Origin: Lymnaea stagnalis | Lineage: Eukaryota | Assembly: GCA_964033795.1 (NCBI GenBank) | Contig: CAXITT010000134.1 | Location: 808,204-837,350, forward strand | Reading direction: 5' to 3' | Length of the DNA: 29,147 bases | Shown: piece after piece, positions 1-11,184 of the stretch | How positions within the stretch are numbered: the first letter of the stretch is position 1 | How the letters are laid out: each line of letters opens with the position of its first letter | Notes under the pieces: generated by a model | Told to the model about the DNA's origin: nothing | Seen by the model: the letters and a program-made list of their open reading frames with translations, nothing else | Databases searched by the model: none | Translations under genes and position numbers: made by a program

Positions 1-278
1 AAACAAATTTCAATCACTTTTACTTCTTGGTGGCAAAAAATTTAAAATTGATTGTGAAAGGAAATTATTGGCTAATGTTAACTGAATAGGATTATACTTA
101 AAAATGCATTGAGAAAGTAAATAATTGATTGATGTTTACTGAATAGGATCACGGTCAACATAAACTAATACAAGTTTAGAAAATATTTGATAAAAAATAG
201 TTTTAAAAATGAAAAAAAAATGCAGCATCACAATTATTCATCATGATAACTTTCATAAAAAATTAAACCAATCAGTTT

Positions 279-365
279 GAATCACATACTAGGCCATCAT
301 TTCATGCAATCACATACTAGGCCATCACTTTATGCAATCACATACTAGGCCATCATTTCATGCAC
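279..365. repeat. Tandem repeat, unit about 29 bp, 3 copies (aatcacatactaggccatcatttcatgca).
   Basis: Direct reading. Confidence 0.8.
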
Positions 366-509
366 GAATAACTTAAACGGCTGTACAAAATCAACTCAAA
401 GATAATTGTTCATAAGTATAAAGAAAGCTACTTAATAATATTAAGTTTGAAAACAGTTTTGCACTTTAAGAATTCCACACAAGCTCCAGAATGTTGCCAA
501 GCTGATCAC

Positions 510-603
510 CTGCACAGATTTTAATGGCTGAGTGAATGGGATCCTTCCGATAGCTCCAAATTCTCAACGCCATCAAAGGTGATGGGGAAAAAAACTGGCC
601 AAT
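510..603 (-). CDS. Candidate exon IGQFFSPSPLMALRIWSYRKDPIHSAIKICA(G) (94 bp, phase 0 to 1). The gene continues beyond the window start.
   Basis: Acceptor ccattttcag|ATTGGC and donor GTGCAG|gtgatc. Only one frame is open. Degenerate WD-like FSPSPLMALRIW. Confidence 0.35.
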
Positions 604-654
604 CTGAAAATGGGTTTTTAAAAAGTTATTTTAAAGAAATATAAAATAAAATAT

Positions 655-1096
655 CATCCCCTACAGAGAATAAGATGTCATCTAGAACAGAGAATAAGAT
701 GTGGTCATCTAGTGCAGAGAATAAGATGTGGTCATCTAGTACAGAGATTAAGATGTGGTCATCTAGTACAGAGATTAAGATGTGGTCATCTAGTGCAGAG
801 AATAAGATGTGGTCATCTAGAGCAGAGAATAAGATGTGATCATCTATTACAGAGAATAAGATGTGGTCATCTAGAGCAGAGAATAAGATATGGTCATCTA
901 GAGCAGAGAATAAGATGTGGTCATCTAGTACAGAGATTAAGATGTGGTCATCTAGTGCAGAGAATAAGATGTGGTCATCTAGAGCAGAGAATAAGATGTG
1001 ATCATCTAGTACAGAGAATAAGATGTGGTCATCTAGAGCAGAGAATGAGGTGTGATCATCTAGTACAGAGAATAAGATATGGTCATCTAGAACAAA
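655..1096. repeat. Minisatellite, 30-bp unit, about 15 copies (agagaataagatgtggtcatctagtgcag).
   Basis: Perfect periodicity. The plus ORF 712..1122 is a translation of the array. Confidence 0.95.
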
Positions 1097-1245
1097 TATG
1101 TTGGTTAAGAGTACTTTTGTGATTACCCATCATTCTTTTGTTTGCTTTTTGTTGCTCAAAAACCACATTCTCTCTTACGTCATTGGCATAAAGATCTCCC
1201 ACATAAACATTTTGACCCACCAACATCATCTCCAACACCAACTTC

Positions 1246-1443
1246 ATTCTCTCACACCAACATTGACCCACACCACCAACATTGACCCACACCACCAACA
1301 TTGACCCACACCACCAACATTGACCCACACCACCAACATTGTCCCACACCACCAACATTGTCCCACACCACCAACATTGTCCCACACCACCAACATTGAT
1401 CCACACCACCAACATTGATCCACACCACCAACATTCGCCCACA
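1246..1443. repeat. Minisatellite, 21-bp unit, about 9.5 copies (caccaccaacattgacccaca).
   Basis: Direct reading. Confidence 0.95.
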
Positions 1444-1471
1444 TTATCATTCTCCAACATGGCGACAGTAC

Positions 1472-1603
1472 CTGAGTGAAGCTGATAGGATCATATTGAA
1501 AGTAATTAGTGTGGTATCTCCAGACTTTGATGGTACAGTCAGTTGAGGCAGTGATGATGGTATTTTCACAACATTCTATACCCGTGATTGCCGACTTGTG
1601 GAT
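1472..1603 (-). CDS. WD40 exon IHKSAITGIECCENTIITASTDCTIKVWRYHTNYFQYDPISFTQ (132 bp, phase 0 to 0).
   Basis: Acceptor cttgaatgacag|ATCCAC, immediately after an in-frame TGA, and donor CACTCAG|gtactg. Motif TASTDCTIKVW. Confidence 0.65.
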
Positions 1604-1705
1604 CTGTCATTCAAGATCAGTTCAAACAATTGTAGGATGCGTTGCAATACATGAAATGTTGCTCAAGGAATATGTCAGATTTGGAATTTATTATAAGAAG
1701 GATGC

Positions 1706-2172
1706 ATCTTGTGTTATAATTGGCAACTCGTGTTATAATTGGCATCTTGTGTTATAATTGCAACTCGTGTTATAATTGGCAACACGTGTTATAATTGGCA
1801 TCTTGTGTTATAATTGGCATCTTGTGTTATAATTGGCAACTCGTGTTATAATTGGCAACTCGTGTTATAATTGGCATCTTGTGTTATAATCGCAACTCGT
1901 GTTATAATCGGCATCTTGTTATAATTTGCATTTTGTGTTATAGTTGGCATCTTGTGTTATGGTTGGCATCTAGTGTTTTAATTGGCATCTAGTGTTATAA
2001 TTGGCCTCTAGTGTTATAATTGGCATCTAGTTTTATAATTGACAATCTTGTGTTATAGTCAGCATCTTGTGTTGTAATTGGCATGTTGTATTCTATTTGG
2101 CATCTTGTGTTTTAATTGGAATCTTGTGTTATAATTGGCTTCTAGTGTTATAATTGACATTTTGTGTTGTAA
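1706..2172. repeat. Minisatellite, 19-20-bp unit, about 23 copies (gtgttataattggcatctt). Distal copies are degenerate.
   Basis: Direct reading. Confidence 0.9.
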
Positions 2173-2265
2173 TTGGCAGATATTTAGAAAACTTTTCTTT
2201 TTGTATTAAATATGAAAATGGATTATATTGGTTCCATTGAATTTCTTCATTGCCTGTATAATTTG

Positions 2266-2420
2266 AGGCTGTTGACTGACCCTTACAGATGTGCACAAAT
2301 GAGACTGTCAACTGACCCCCTACACAACTGAAGCTGTCGACTGACCCTTACAGATGTGCACAACTGAGGCTGTCAACTGCCCCCCTACACAACTTAGGCT
2401 GTGGACTGACCTTTAAAACT
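2266..2420. repeat. Tandem repeat, about 43-bp unit, 3.5 copies (gaggctgtcaactgaccccctacacaact...).
   Basis: Direct reading. Confidence 0.8.
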
Positions 2421-2544
2421 TACAGATGTCTTTCCTAGTCTACAAAGACCAACAAATAGATTATACCTAAAAAGTTGGGGAAAATATTTCACTATACAAC
2501 TAGTTAATTTATAATATGAACAACAAAAATATCTAGCTTGCATG

Positions 2545-2632
2545 CAGAGTATTGATTAACTTGATGACTTTGACGTTGTTTAGGTTTAGCTTACCACCTT
2601 GATGACTATAACCTTGTTTAGGTATAGCTTAC
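2545..2632. repeat. Tandem repeat, about 38-bp unit, 2.3 copies. It abuts the exon at 2633 and its unit contains that exon's donor (cttgat|gtaagcta on the minus strand).
   Basis: Direct reading. Confidence 0.8.
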
Positions 2633-2842
2633 CTTGATTACTTTGCTCCTCTTGTATTCGTAGTCCTGAATAAAAATTTGGCCAAGGGCATCCCCAGTAA
2701 ATAAAACATTGGCACCATATAATCTGCCTAACGAGTGAATTCCCCTGTTCACGCCTGGTAAGGAAGCATCATTGTAAGGCTTTGGCTGATCATCGTCCAG
2801 AGGTGCCAGTGAAATGTTAAAACGTTCTGGTTCATAGTTAGA
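2633..2842 (-). CDS. Exon SNYEPERFNISLAPLDDDQPKPYNDASLPGVNRGIHSLGRLYGANVLFTGDALGQIFIQDYEYKRSKVIK (210 bp, phase 0 to 0).
   Basis: Acceptor cattttgtttcag|TCTAAC and donor ATCAAG|gtaagc. ORF 2618..2851(-). Confidence 0.6.
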
Positions 2843-3156
2843 CTGAAACAAAATGATTTTTTAAATTGATTCGCCTTTTTTTAAATAGCTCTTAGACCAA
2901 CCTATACACTATTTTGGGGTAATATTTCAACTATTTTTTTGGTAATATTTGAACAATTTCGGGGTAATATTTCAACTATTTTGGGGTGATATTTTAAAGA
3001 CTTCATTCAATATCCAATAGTATTTCATTTCCATCTAATATGAGACTCAAAGATATTATTTATGAAGCGATTTGCTTTACTAATGCATTTATGTGTACAA
3101 ACATGGGTTTGAGGGTCTCGACTGTGTACATCAGAACACTGCACTATTACCGGTAC

Positions 3157-3930
3157 ATAGAATTGCCATATTGATCTATTTGTAAACAAACATTTAGAAT
3201 GGTATGGCTGCAACAAATACACAGAAGTGCCATATTGATCTATTTGTAAACAAACATTAAGAATGGTATGGCTGCAACAAATACACAGAAGTGCCATATT
3301 GATCTATTTGTAAACAAACATTAAGAATGGTATGGCTGCATCAAATACACATAAGTGCCATATTGATCCATTTGTAAACAAACATTTAGAATGGTATGGC
3401 TGCAACAAATACACAGAAGTGCCATATTGATCCATTTGTAAACAAACATTAAGAATGGTATGGCTGCAACAAATACACAGAAGTGCCATATTGATCTATT
3501 TGTAAACAAACATTAAGAATGGTATGGCTGCATCAAATACACAGAAGTGCCATATTGATCCATTTGTAAACAAACATTTAGAATGGTATGGCTGCATCAA
3601 ATACACAGAAGTGCCATATTGATCCATTTGTAAACAAACATTTAGAATGGTATGGCTGCATCAAATACACAGAATTGCCATATTGATCCATTTGTAAACA
3701 AACATTTAGAATGGTATGGCTGCATCAAATACACAGAAGTGCCATATTGATCCATTTGTAAACAAACATTTAGAATGGTATGGCTGCAACAAATACACAG
3801 AAGTGCCATATTGATCCATTTGTAAACAAACATTTAGAATGGTATGGCTGCAACAAATACACAGAAGTGCCATATTGATCCATTTGTAAACAAACATTTA
3901 GAATGGTATGGCTGCAACAAATACATAGAA
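3157..3930. repeat. Satellite-like array, 64-bp unit, about 12 copies.
   Basis: Period confirmed at 3181/3245. Minus ORFs 3025-3897 are artefacts of the array. Confidence 0.95.
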
Positions 3931-4194
3931 AATTTTATGAAAGACCAGATTAAAAGCTGCGACACTATGTTGTATGGGATATTGAAATGTGAAGCTGTTA
4001 ATTAATGCACATTGAACAGGTATCATGTACGAATTCACGAATACTCAAGGCGCATCAATATTTAGTACCAAATAAAATACTATCTCATGTTCATGGCTTT
4101 GGCTCCACTTGTACTGTATTTTTCCGGATTCCAAGACTAGCGTACGAGACAGTATCTGGTAAAAAAAACAAATGCCATAACAAAGTGAACATAG

Positions 4195-4590
4195 TTACAT
4201 TTGCTCAGGTGACTTTGGTGACAGTCGGCAAAGTGAACAGGGCTACATCTGCTCTGGTGACATTGGTGACAGTCAGCAAAGTGAACATGGCTACATCTGC
4301 TCTGGTGACATTGGTGACAGTCAGCAAAGTGAACATGGCTACATCTGCTCTGGTGACATTGGTGACAGGTGGCAAAGTGAACATGGCTACATCTGCTCTG
4401 GTGACATTGGTGACAGTCAGCAAAGTGAACATGGCTACATCTGCTCTGGTGACATTGGTGACAGTCAGCAATGTGAACATGGCTACATCTGCTCTGGTGA
4501 CATTGGTGACAGGCGGCAAAGTGAACATGGCTACATCTGCTCTGGTGACATTGGTGACAGTCAGCAAAGTGAACATGGTTACATTAGCTC
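4195..4590. repeat. Minisatellite, 48-bp unit, about 8 copies (gctacatctgctctggtgacattggtgacagtcagcaaagtgaacatg).
   Basis: Direct reading. Confidence 0.95.
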
Positions 4591-4594
4591 AGGT

Positions 4595-5660
4595 GACATC
4601 GGTGCCAAAGCCTAGTATGGTACAAGTGGAGCCAAAGCCTAATGCGGTACAAGTGGAGCCAACGCCTGGTCGGTACAAGTGGAGCCAAAGCCTGGTCGGT
4701 ACAAGTGGAGCCAAAGCCTAGTATGGTACAAGTGTAGCCAAAGCCTAGTCGGTACAAGTGGAGCCAAAGCCTAGTATGGTACAAGTAAAGCCAAAGCCTA
4801 GTATGGTACAAGAGTAGCCAAAGCCTAGTCGGTACAAGTGTAGCCAAAGCCTAGTCGGTACAAGTGGAGCCAAAGCCTAGTTGGTAAAAGTGGAGCCAAA
4901 GCCTAGTATGGTAGAAGTGGAGCCAAAGCCTAGTATGGTACAAGTGGAGCCAAAGCCTAGTATGGTACAAGTGGAGCCAAAGCCTAGTATGGTACAAGTG
5001 GAGCCAAAGCCTAGTATGGTAGAAGTGGAGCCAAAGCCTAGTCGGTACAAGTTGAGCCAAAGCCTAGTATGGTACAAGTGGAGCCAAAGACTAGTATGGT
5101 AGAAGTGGAGCCAAAGCCTAGTCGGTACAAGTGGAGTATGGTACATGTGGAGCCAAAGCCTAGTCGGTAAAAGTGGAGCCAAAGCCTAATGCGGTACAAG
5201 TGGAGCTAAAGCCTAGTATGGTACAAGTGGAGCCAAAGCCTAGTATGGTACAAGTGGAGCCAAAGCCTAGTATGGTACAAGTGGAGCCAAGCCTAGTATG
5301 GTACATGTGGAGCCAAAGCCTAGTATGGTAGAAGTGGAGCCAAAGCTTAGTCGGTACAAGTTGAGCCAAAGCCTAGTATGGTACAAGTGGAGCCAAAGCC
5401 TAGTATGGTAGAAGTGGTGCCAAAGCCTAGTCGGTACAAGTGGAGTATGGTACAAGTGGTGCCAAAGCCTAGTATGGTAGAAGTGGAGCCAAAGCCTAGT
5501 CGGTAAAAGTGGAGCCAAAGCCTAATGCGGTACAAGTGGAGCTAAAGCCTAGTATGGTACAAGTGGAGCCAAAGCCTAGTATGGTACAAGTGGAGCCAAA
5601 GCCTAGTCGGTAAAAGTGGAGCCAAAGCCTAATGTGACACAAGTGGAGCCAAAGCCTTAC
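4595..5660. repeat. Minisatellite, 27-bp unit, about 39 copies (gtggagccaaagcctagtatggtacaa). It begins at +3 of the intron after the exon at 5661.
   Basis: Direct reading. It generates many artefactual ORFs on both strands. Confidence 0.95.
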
Positions 5661-5844
5661 CTCATAAAATACTCCACAATCCAGATCAACCTTAAGCTGG
5701 TGGTAGCAATTGTTGTTGGTTCCTAAAGTTAGTCTTTTATAGTATGGATCCCAATGCATGGTCTGATACCAGGTTTCAATAGGATGCATGGTTCTAGCAT
5801 CTGAAAAGTCATCCTTGGTTCTAGCATATGAATAGTCAGAGTAC
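5661..5844 (-). CDS. Exon (R)YSDYSYARTKDDFSDARTMHPIETWYQTMHWDPYYKRLTLGTNNNCYHQLKVDLDCGVFYE (184 bp, phase 2 to 0). Not WD-like.
   Basis: Acceptor ccattgtttcag|GTACTC and donor TATGAG|gtaagg. ORF 5496..5789(-). Phase-consistent with its neighbours. Confidence 0.6.
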
Positions 5845-5869
5845 CTGAAACAATGGATGAAACTAAGTT

Positions 5870-6352
5870 AGAGATGTAATGAATGAATCTAATGAGTGAC
5901 AAAATGAGTGAATGAATCTAATTAGTTACAGAATGAGTGCATGAATCCTATTTTGTGACAGAATGAGTACATGAATCTAATACAGTGAGAGAATTACTCC
6001 CTGGATCTTATTAATAAGTTATTTAGAGATAGAATGAGTGGATGATATAATTTAGTGACGGATTGTGTGCATGAATCTATAATGTAGTGCTGGAATGTGT
6101 GCATGAATCTATAATGTAGTGCTGGAATGTGTGCATGAATCTATAATGTAGTGCTGGAATGTGTGCATGAATCTATAATGTAGTGCTGGAATGTGTGCAT
6201 GAATCTATAATGTAGTGCTGGAATGTGTGCATGAATCTACAATGTAGTGCTGGAATCTGTGCATGAATCTATAATGTAGTGCTGGAATGTGTGCATGAAT
6301 CTATAATGTAGTGCTGGAATGTGTGCATGAATCTATAATGTAGCGCTGGAAT
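5870..6352. repeat. Degenerate copies at 5870-6000, about 32 bp. Then a 32-bp unit with about 9 near-perfect copies at 6066-6352 (gtagtgctggaatgtgtgcatgaatctataat).
   Basis: Direct reading. Confidence 0.9.
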
Positions 6353-6781
6353 GACTACATCATTTATTTATAAATGCAATATCAATTAGGCATGAATCTA
6401 ATATCATGACAAGACTGGTATCAAAAGCAGTGACATTATTTTTCAGTGACGTCACTGCATTCGATATCATCATTTTTAAAAAAATGATGTAGACAAATTA
6501 ATATATTGAAAATTATAAAATCAACTCATAATAGTTTTTGCTTTACATTATTACCATACAAGTTGTTTTTTTCCTTCAGATCTTATAACTTCTAGATTCA
6601 AATTTTTTAATATATATTTGAGGGTCAACGATCATTCCTGGTTTGAATTCAGAGTTTGCCTTCTCTTAGATAAGTTTTTATCCAAGGCTAACGAGTCCAA
6701 CCACCCAGGATGTTTTGGACGTTGGCTTTGGTAGGGATATAACTACCAACCACCAGCTATTTGGTTTGAGTCAATTTAGAC

Positions 6782-7192
6782 TGCTCGGCCACCCAGCGCC
6801 TCGGCCACCCGCCGCCATGGCCACCCGCCGCTTCAGCCACCCAGCACCATACCTTGGGCACCCAGCACCTCAGCCACCAAGCACCTCAGCCACCGAGCAC
6901 CTCGGGCACCAAGCACCTCGGCCACCCAGCACCTCGGCCACCCAGCACCTCGGCCACCCAGCACCTCAGGCACCCAGCACCTCAGTCACCCAGCTCTTCA
7001 GCCACCCACCACCTCTGCACCTTGGCCACCCAGCACCTCAGCCACCCAGCACCTCAGCCACCCAGCACCTCGGCCACCCAGCGCCTCAGCACCTCGGCTA
7101 CCCAGTGCCTCCGCCACCCAGCGCCTCAGCCACCCCGGCCACCCAGCACCTCAGCCACCCAGCACCTTGGCCACCCACCACCTAGTTAAGTA
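6782..7192. repeat. C-rich 16-bp unit, about 26 copies (ccacccagcacctcgg). G-rich on the transcribed minus strand.
   Basis: Direct reading. Plus ORFs 6715..7189 are artefacts. Confidence 0.9.
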
Positions 7193-7379
7193 TCTAGCTA
7201 ACAACCAGAACATAACTTTAGGAAAATATTAAGCCACAATTTATATAAAAGCAAATTACTTGGAGAGTATAAGTCAAAATAAGTTTCCATAAATAAAACA
7301 TGAGATAGTTGAGGTCATACTCTTATAAAATAATGTAATCAGCATTAAAACTGCTTTTAATATATTTAGTGCTACACAC

Positions 7380-7511
7380 CTGATGACCAGCTGAGATGTG
7401 CCATCATAGAAAAACACCCCTCCACTTAAAGTGGTATAGACCAACTGACCAGCATGCTCCAGGGTCTCAATGGTTACCACTGGCATCTCTGCTTTGAAGC
7501 TGCTCTGTTTT
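7380..7511 (-). CDS. Exon (R)KQSSFKAEMPVVTIETLEHAGQLVYTTLSGGVFFYDGTSQLVI(R) (132 bp, phase 2 to 2).
   Basis: Acceptor cttactttatgtcttag|AAAACA and donor CATCAG|gtgtgt. ORF 7274..7486(-). Confidence 0.6.
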
Positions 7512-7996
7512 CTAAGACATAAAGTAAGACATTTTATAAGGCCAAAGAATGTGCTCTGAATGTTTGCAGATGTTGTAAGGAATGGTCGAACAGAAACTAA
7601 ATTATAACTTTAAATGTATCAGAAATTAGAATCTATAATCTATACTCGAAAATTAAAAATGCAAAATTGATTTTAAAAAATGAAGTTTTTTTTTAAAAAC
7701 CAAACCAATTAATATATGGCCCAAGAGTAAATCTGATCCTTTTCAAACAATTACTGTCTAAACCTGATCTCTCCAACCTGTGGATCTATTTATTAGTTTT
7801 TCATTATAAACATTTTTTTTTACTAATTTATATTGCCACAATTAAAAAATACACCACTGACTAAATAAAATGCTCTTCCTAAAAAAAGCCATCCTGTGGA
7901 CCATGCAGAACTTTGATATTTTCAGGCCCCAAAGTAGTGATGAGGACAAAATAATTAAAAACCAACAACTTTGAATGCAGAGTGCAATAATTTTTA

Positions 7997-8292
7997 AAGT
8001 TGCAGGGGGGGCAAAAAGGGGGCAGGGGCCACAAATGGGACAGGTGGGGGGCACAAATGGGACAGGGGGCCACAAATGGGACAGGGGGCCAAAAAGGGGA
8101 CAGGGGGCCAAAAAGGGGACGGGGGCCAAAAAGGGGTCAGGGGGCCACAAGGGAAATGGGACAGGGGGCCACAAATGGGACAGGGGGCCAAAAAGGGGAC
8201 AGGGGGCCAAAAAGGGGACGGGGGCCAAAAAGGGGTCAGGGGGCCACAAGGGGTAGGGGGCCACAAGGGGTAGGGGCCACAAGGGGGGCAGG
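7997..8292. repeat. G-rich minisatellite, about 19-bp unit, 15 copies (ggggacagggggccaaaaa).
   Basis: Direct reading. ORFs 7842-8417 on both strands are artefacts. Confidence 0.95.
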
Positions 8293-8378
8293 GGTCCTCC
8301 AAAAAATATAGCTCTGAATCTAGCCCTAAAAATGTTTGATACTGACACCTTTAAAAACTCTACAAGAGACTTTTTTAC

Positions 8379-8503
8379 CTGACATAGTGTCCCCCCTTTC
8401 GTTCCAAGATCTCCCAAAAGATAATGTTGCTGTCATCTCCTCCGGTCACAAATATGTTGGACTCTGAATAAATGCTGCAACAATTGACCGACTTCTCGTG
8501 TGC
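8379..8503 (-). CDS. WD40 exon AHEKSVNCCSIYSESNIFVTGGDDSNIIFWEILERKGGHYV(R) (125 bp, phase 0 to 2).
   Basis: Acceptor tattactttccgtctag|GCACAC and donor GTCAG|gtaaaa. A stop follows immediately if read through the donor. Motif VTGGDDSNIIFWE. Confidence 0.65.
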
Positions 8504-8856
8504 CTAGACGGAAAGTAATAATTGATCAAACTCAATCTGTACAGGCAAGTCAGCAGTGCTAACCTATGATGACAAAATGACACTCATCTCACTGTCAGCA
8601 TGGCTAAACTAAGATGCTACAATGAAATTCTTCCTCTCACTGTCAGCAATGCTAAATTATGCTGACAAAGTGACATTCTTCTTCTAAGGTCCAAATACAA
8701 ATTAATTAATGTGCCGACAATTATGGCCGATTATTGGAAACAAATTAATCGGTACTCGGCCCAATTGATAATCAGTGCCACCCTCCTTCATACAATTTTA
8801 GTTCCACCAACTTCCACTAATAATTACAGGGGGCAAATTACAACGAATATTCTGAC

Positions 8857-8923
8857 CTGGAAACTCATTGTGGCCGATAACGGCACGTTTTCAGTTGCTG
8901 ACAAGATCTTAACCACACCATCC
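8857..8923 (-). CDS. Short WD40 exon (R)DGVVKILSATENVPLSATMSFQ (67 bp, phase 2 to 0).
   Basis: Strong acceptor tgacctttttgtttag|GGATGG and donor TTCCAG|gtcaga. It completes the motif AISGSRDGVVKIL. Without it the flanking exons are out of phase. Confidence 0.55.
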
Positions 8924-9248
8924 CTAAACAAAAAGGTCAAAAGTCAATAAATTAATTATCACATCTATTTCAGTATGTGAAAGAATTAATGCTTTCATTT
9001 CAGCAAAATTCAATAAAAAAACCAAGAAAACATCCAATGTTATTGTTATTACAAATATTTACTTTTAGTTGTGAATTCGTGGATCTTATGGCAATGACTT
9101 ATTCACATGTTATATTGAATATTCTCATCAATGTAATAGCCCTTGACTTATGCTATGCTAATCAGATAAAGAATAATGCACTGGTGCACTGAGTAAAGCA
9201 GTGATGCACCGAGTAAAGCAATGGAGCACTTTATCAGTGGTGACCAAC

Positions 9249-9460
9249 CTGCTTCCAGAAATAGCGAAGTCATATGATGGTGATTTAGCAATGAATGTTA
9301 CAGGCGCATCATGCTTGTTCTTATCAATGTCATTGGTCAGCCTGGGTTTCCAGAGCCTCACAGAGCAGTCTAAAGAGCTGCTGACTATGTTGTTGTATTT
9401 ATCAGAATGAACTGACAGCACACGGTCAGAGTGACCTGTCAAGCATGCCAGACTGTTTGC
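9249..9460 (-). CDS. WD40 exon ANSLACLTGHSDRVLSVHSDKYNNIVSSSLDCSVRLWKPRLTNDIDKNKHDAPVTFIAKSPSYDFAISGS(R) (212 bp, phase 0 to 2).
   Basis: Acceptor tttcttcacag|GCAAAC and donor GAAGCAG|gttggt. ORF 9158..9442(-). One complete WD repeat plus the first half of the next. Confidence 0.65.
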
Positions 9461-9514
9461 CTGTGAAGAAAGGTTGCTTAGTGGAAAATTTAAGCTTTAT
9501 AGAAATTACAGCAT

Positions 9515-10275
9515 AAGTTACACTCACATTACCTATTATCTTAGACTCATATTAAGCATTAAGTTACATTCATATTACCCATTAAGTTACACTCATATTA
9601 CCCATTAAGTTACACTCATATTACCCATTAAGTTACACTCATATTACCCATTAAGTTACACTCATACTAGCCATTAAGTTACACTCATATTACCCATTAA
9701 GTTACACTCATATTACCCATTAAGTTACACTCATATTAGCCATTAAGTTACACTCATATTACCCATTAAGTTACACTCATATTAGCCATTAAGTTACACT
9801 CATATTACCCATTAAGTTACACTCATAATAGCCATTAAGTTACACTCATATTAGCCATTAAGTTACACTCATATTACCCATTTTACACTCATATTACCCA
9901 TTTTTACACTCATATTACCCATTAAGTGACACTCATATTAGCCATTAAGTGACACTCATATTAGCCATTAAGTTACACTCATATTAGCCATTAAGTTACA
10001 CTCATATTACCCATTAAGTTACACTCATATTACCCATTAAGTTACACTCATATTACCCATTAAGTTATACTCAAATAACCCATTAAGTTACACTCATATT
10101 AGCCATTAAGTTACACTCATATTAGCCATTAAGTGACACTCATATTAGCCATTAAGTTATACTCATATTACCCATTAAGTTACACTCATATTACCCATTA
10201 AGTTACACTCATATTACCCATTAAGTTACACTCATATTACCCATTAAGTTACACTCATATTACCCATTAAGTTTA
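9515..10275. repeat. Minisatellite, 23-bp unit, about 33 copies (cccattaagttacactcatatta).
   Basis: Period confirmed at 9601/9624. Confidence 0.95.
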
Positions 10276-10571
10276 GCTCTTAATACCTATAACTGTAGCA
10301 CAATCTTAATACCAATATGTTACACTGTTATTACCCAATAAGTTTCACTACTATTACCAAATATGTTACACTAATTTTACACTCTGAAAAATTCTACAAA
10401 AAGTATGTTGTATCTTAAACATAATTTGAATGTACAACATAGTTTGCTTATACAAAATCATAACAATTTATACATTTTGATATTTTGTTTGGTTACTGGA
10501 AATTTGATCGAAATAAATTTAGTGGACGGTAAATTGATCGATTTTGTTTAGTAAGGAATCTGAAATTTCTT

Positions 10572-10752
10572 TGACCAGTACACATACCTGTCGAGGTCTG
10601 TTTGACCAGTACAAATACTTGTAGTGGACTGTTTGACCAGTACACATACCTGTCGAGGTCTGTTTGACCAGTACAAATACCTGTAGTGGTCTGTTTGTAG
10701 AGGTACCTTTGACCAGTACACATACCTGTAGATGTCTGACCAGTACACATAC
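10572..10752. repeat. 31-bp unit, about 6 copies. The unit contains the donor of the exon at 10753 (cctctacag|gtatgtgtactg on the minus strand).
   Basis: Direct reading. Confidence 0.9.
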
Positions 10753-10910
10753 CTGTAGAGGTCTCCATATCCAGACATCTCCATCATCTCCGGCGGTAGC
10801 AACAATGACATCTTGCACATTTGTCTCCCTTTGAGTGGCAGTTTTTGGTTCACTTCTGTCGTCCACTTCCATGTCGGTGATCTCAGCCCAGGTCTTTTCC
10901 TTTTCCTCAC
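10753..10910 (-). CDS. Exon (G)EEKEKTWAEITDMEVDDRSEPKTATQRETNVQDVIVATAGDDGDVWIWRPLQ (158 bp, phase 1 to 0). Acidic linker plus WD strand.
   Basis: Acceptor ttttgactgacag|GTGAGG and donor CTACAG|gtatgt. ORF 10519..10872(-). The donor is copied into the 31-bp array downstream. Confidence 0.65.
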
Positions 10911-11184
10911 CTGTCAGTCAAAATGATAAGTCAAAGCCTTCTCTTAATCTAACAATCAAAATTTAATTTACTTTCCTTTTCGTCAGCTGCTGATTACAAC
11001 TGATGGACCAATCCTGTCTTATAAAACTATGGACCTATGATATAAATGGAATGGTTTGATCAAACCCCACAGTGATCCATCAGTGATGACCAAATTTGTT
11101 TGTGTGTGACTCAGCTATTTTTCTATGTATGTCTCATGACCCACTAATTTGTTAAAAAAACATCCTGGCCTACAGTTTAACTCA

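Noticed and set aside
100-280. Possible terminal exon (V)IMMNNCDAAFFFHF* after acceptor ttttatgaaag
   Set aside because: Very short and low complexity. The acceptor is weak and it is not WD-like. The gene more likely continues beyond the window.
712-1122. Plus-strand ORF of 136 aa (MQRIRCGHLVQRLRCGHLV...)
   Set aside because: It is a perfect translation of the 30-bp tandem array. Periodic peptides with no independent start or stop context are repeat artefacts.
4005-5789. Multiple ORFs on both strands (238 aa, 123 aa, LWLHLYHTRLW-type peptides)
   Set aside because: All are translations of the 48-bp and 27-bp minisatellites. Only the non-repetitive tail of ORF 5496..5789(-) is real exon (5661-5844).
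6715-7189. Proline- and serine-rich plus-strand ORFs (HPAPQPPSTSAT...)
   Set aside because: Translation of the 16-bp C-rich array. It is on the opposite strand from the gene and inside an intron.
7842-8417. 191-aa minus ORF and glycine-rich plus ORFs (collagen-like GxxGxx)
   Set aside because: They are produced by the G-rich 19-bp array. Only 8379-8417 of the minus ORF overlaps a real exon, and that is in a different frame.
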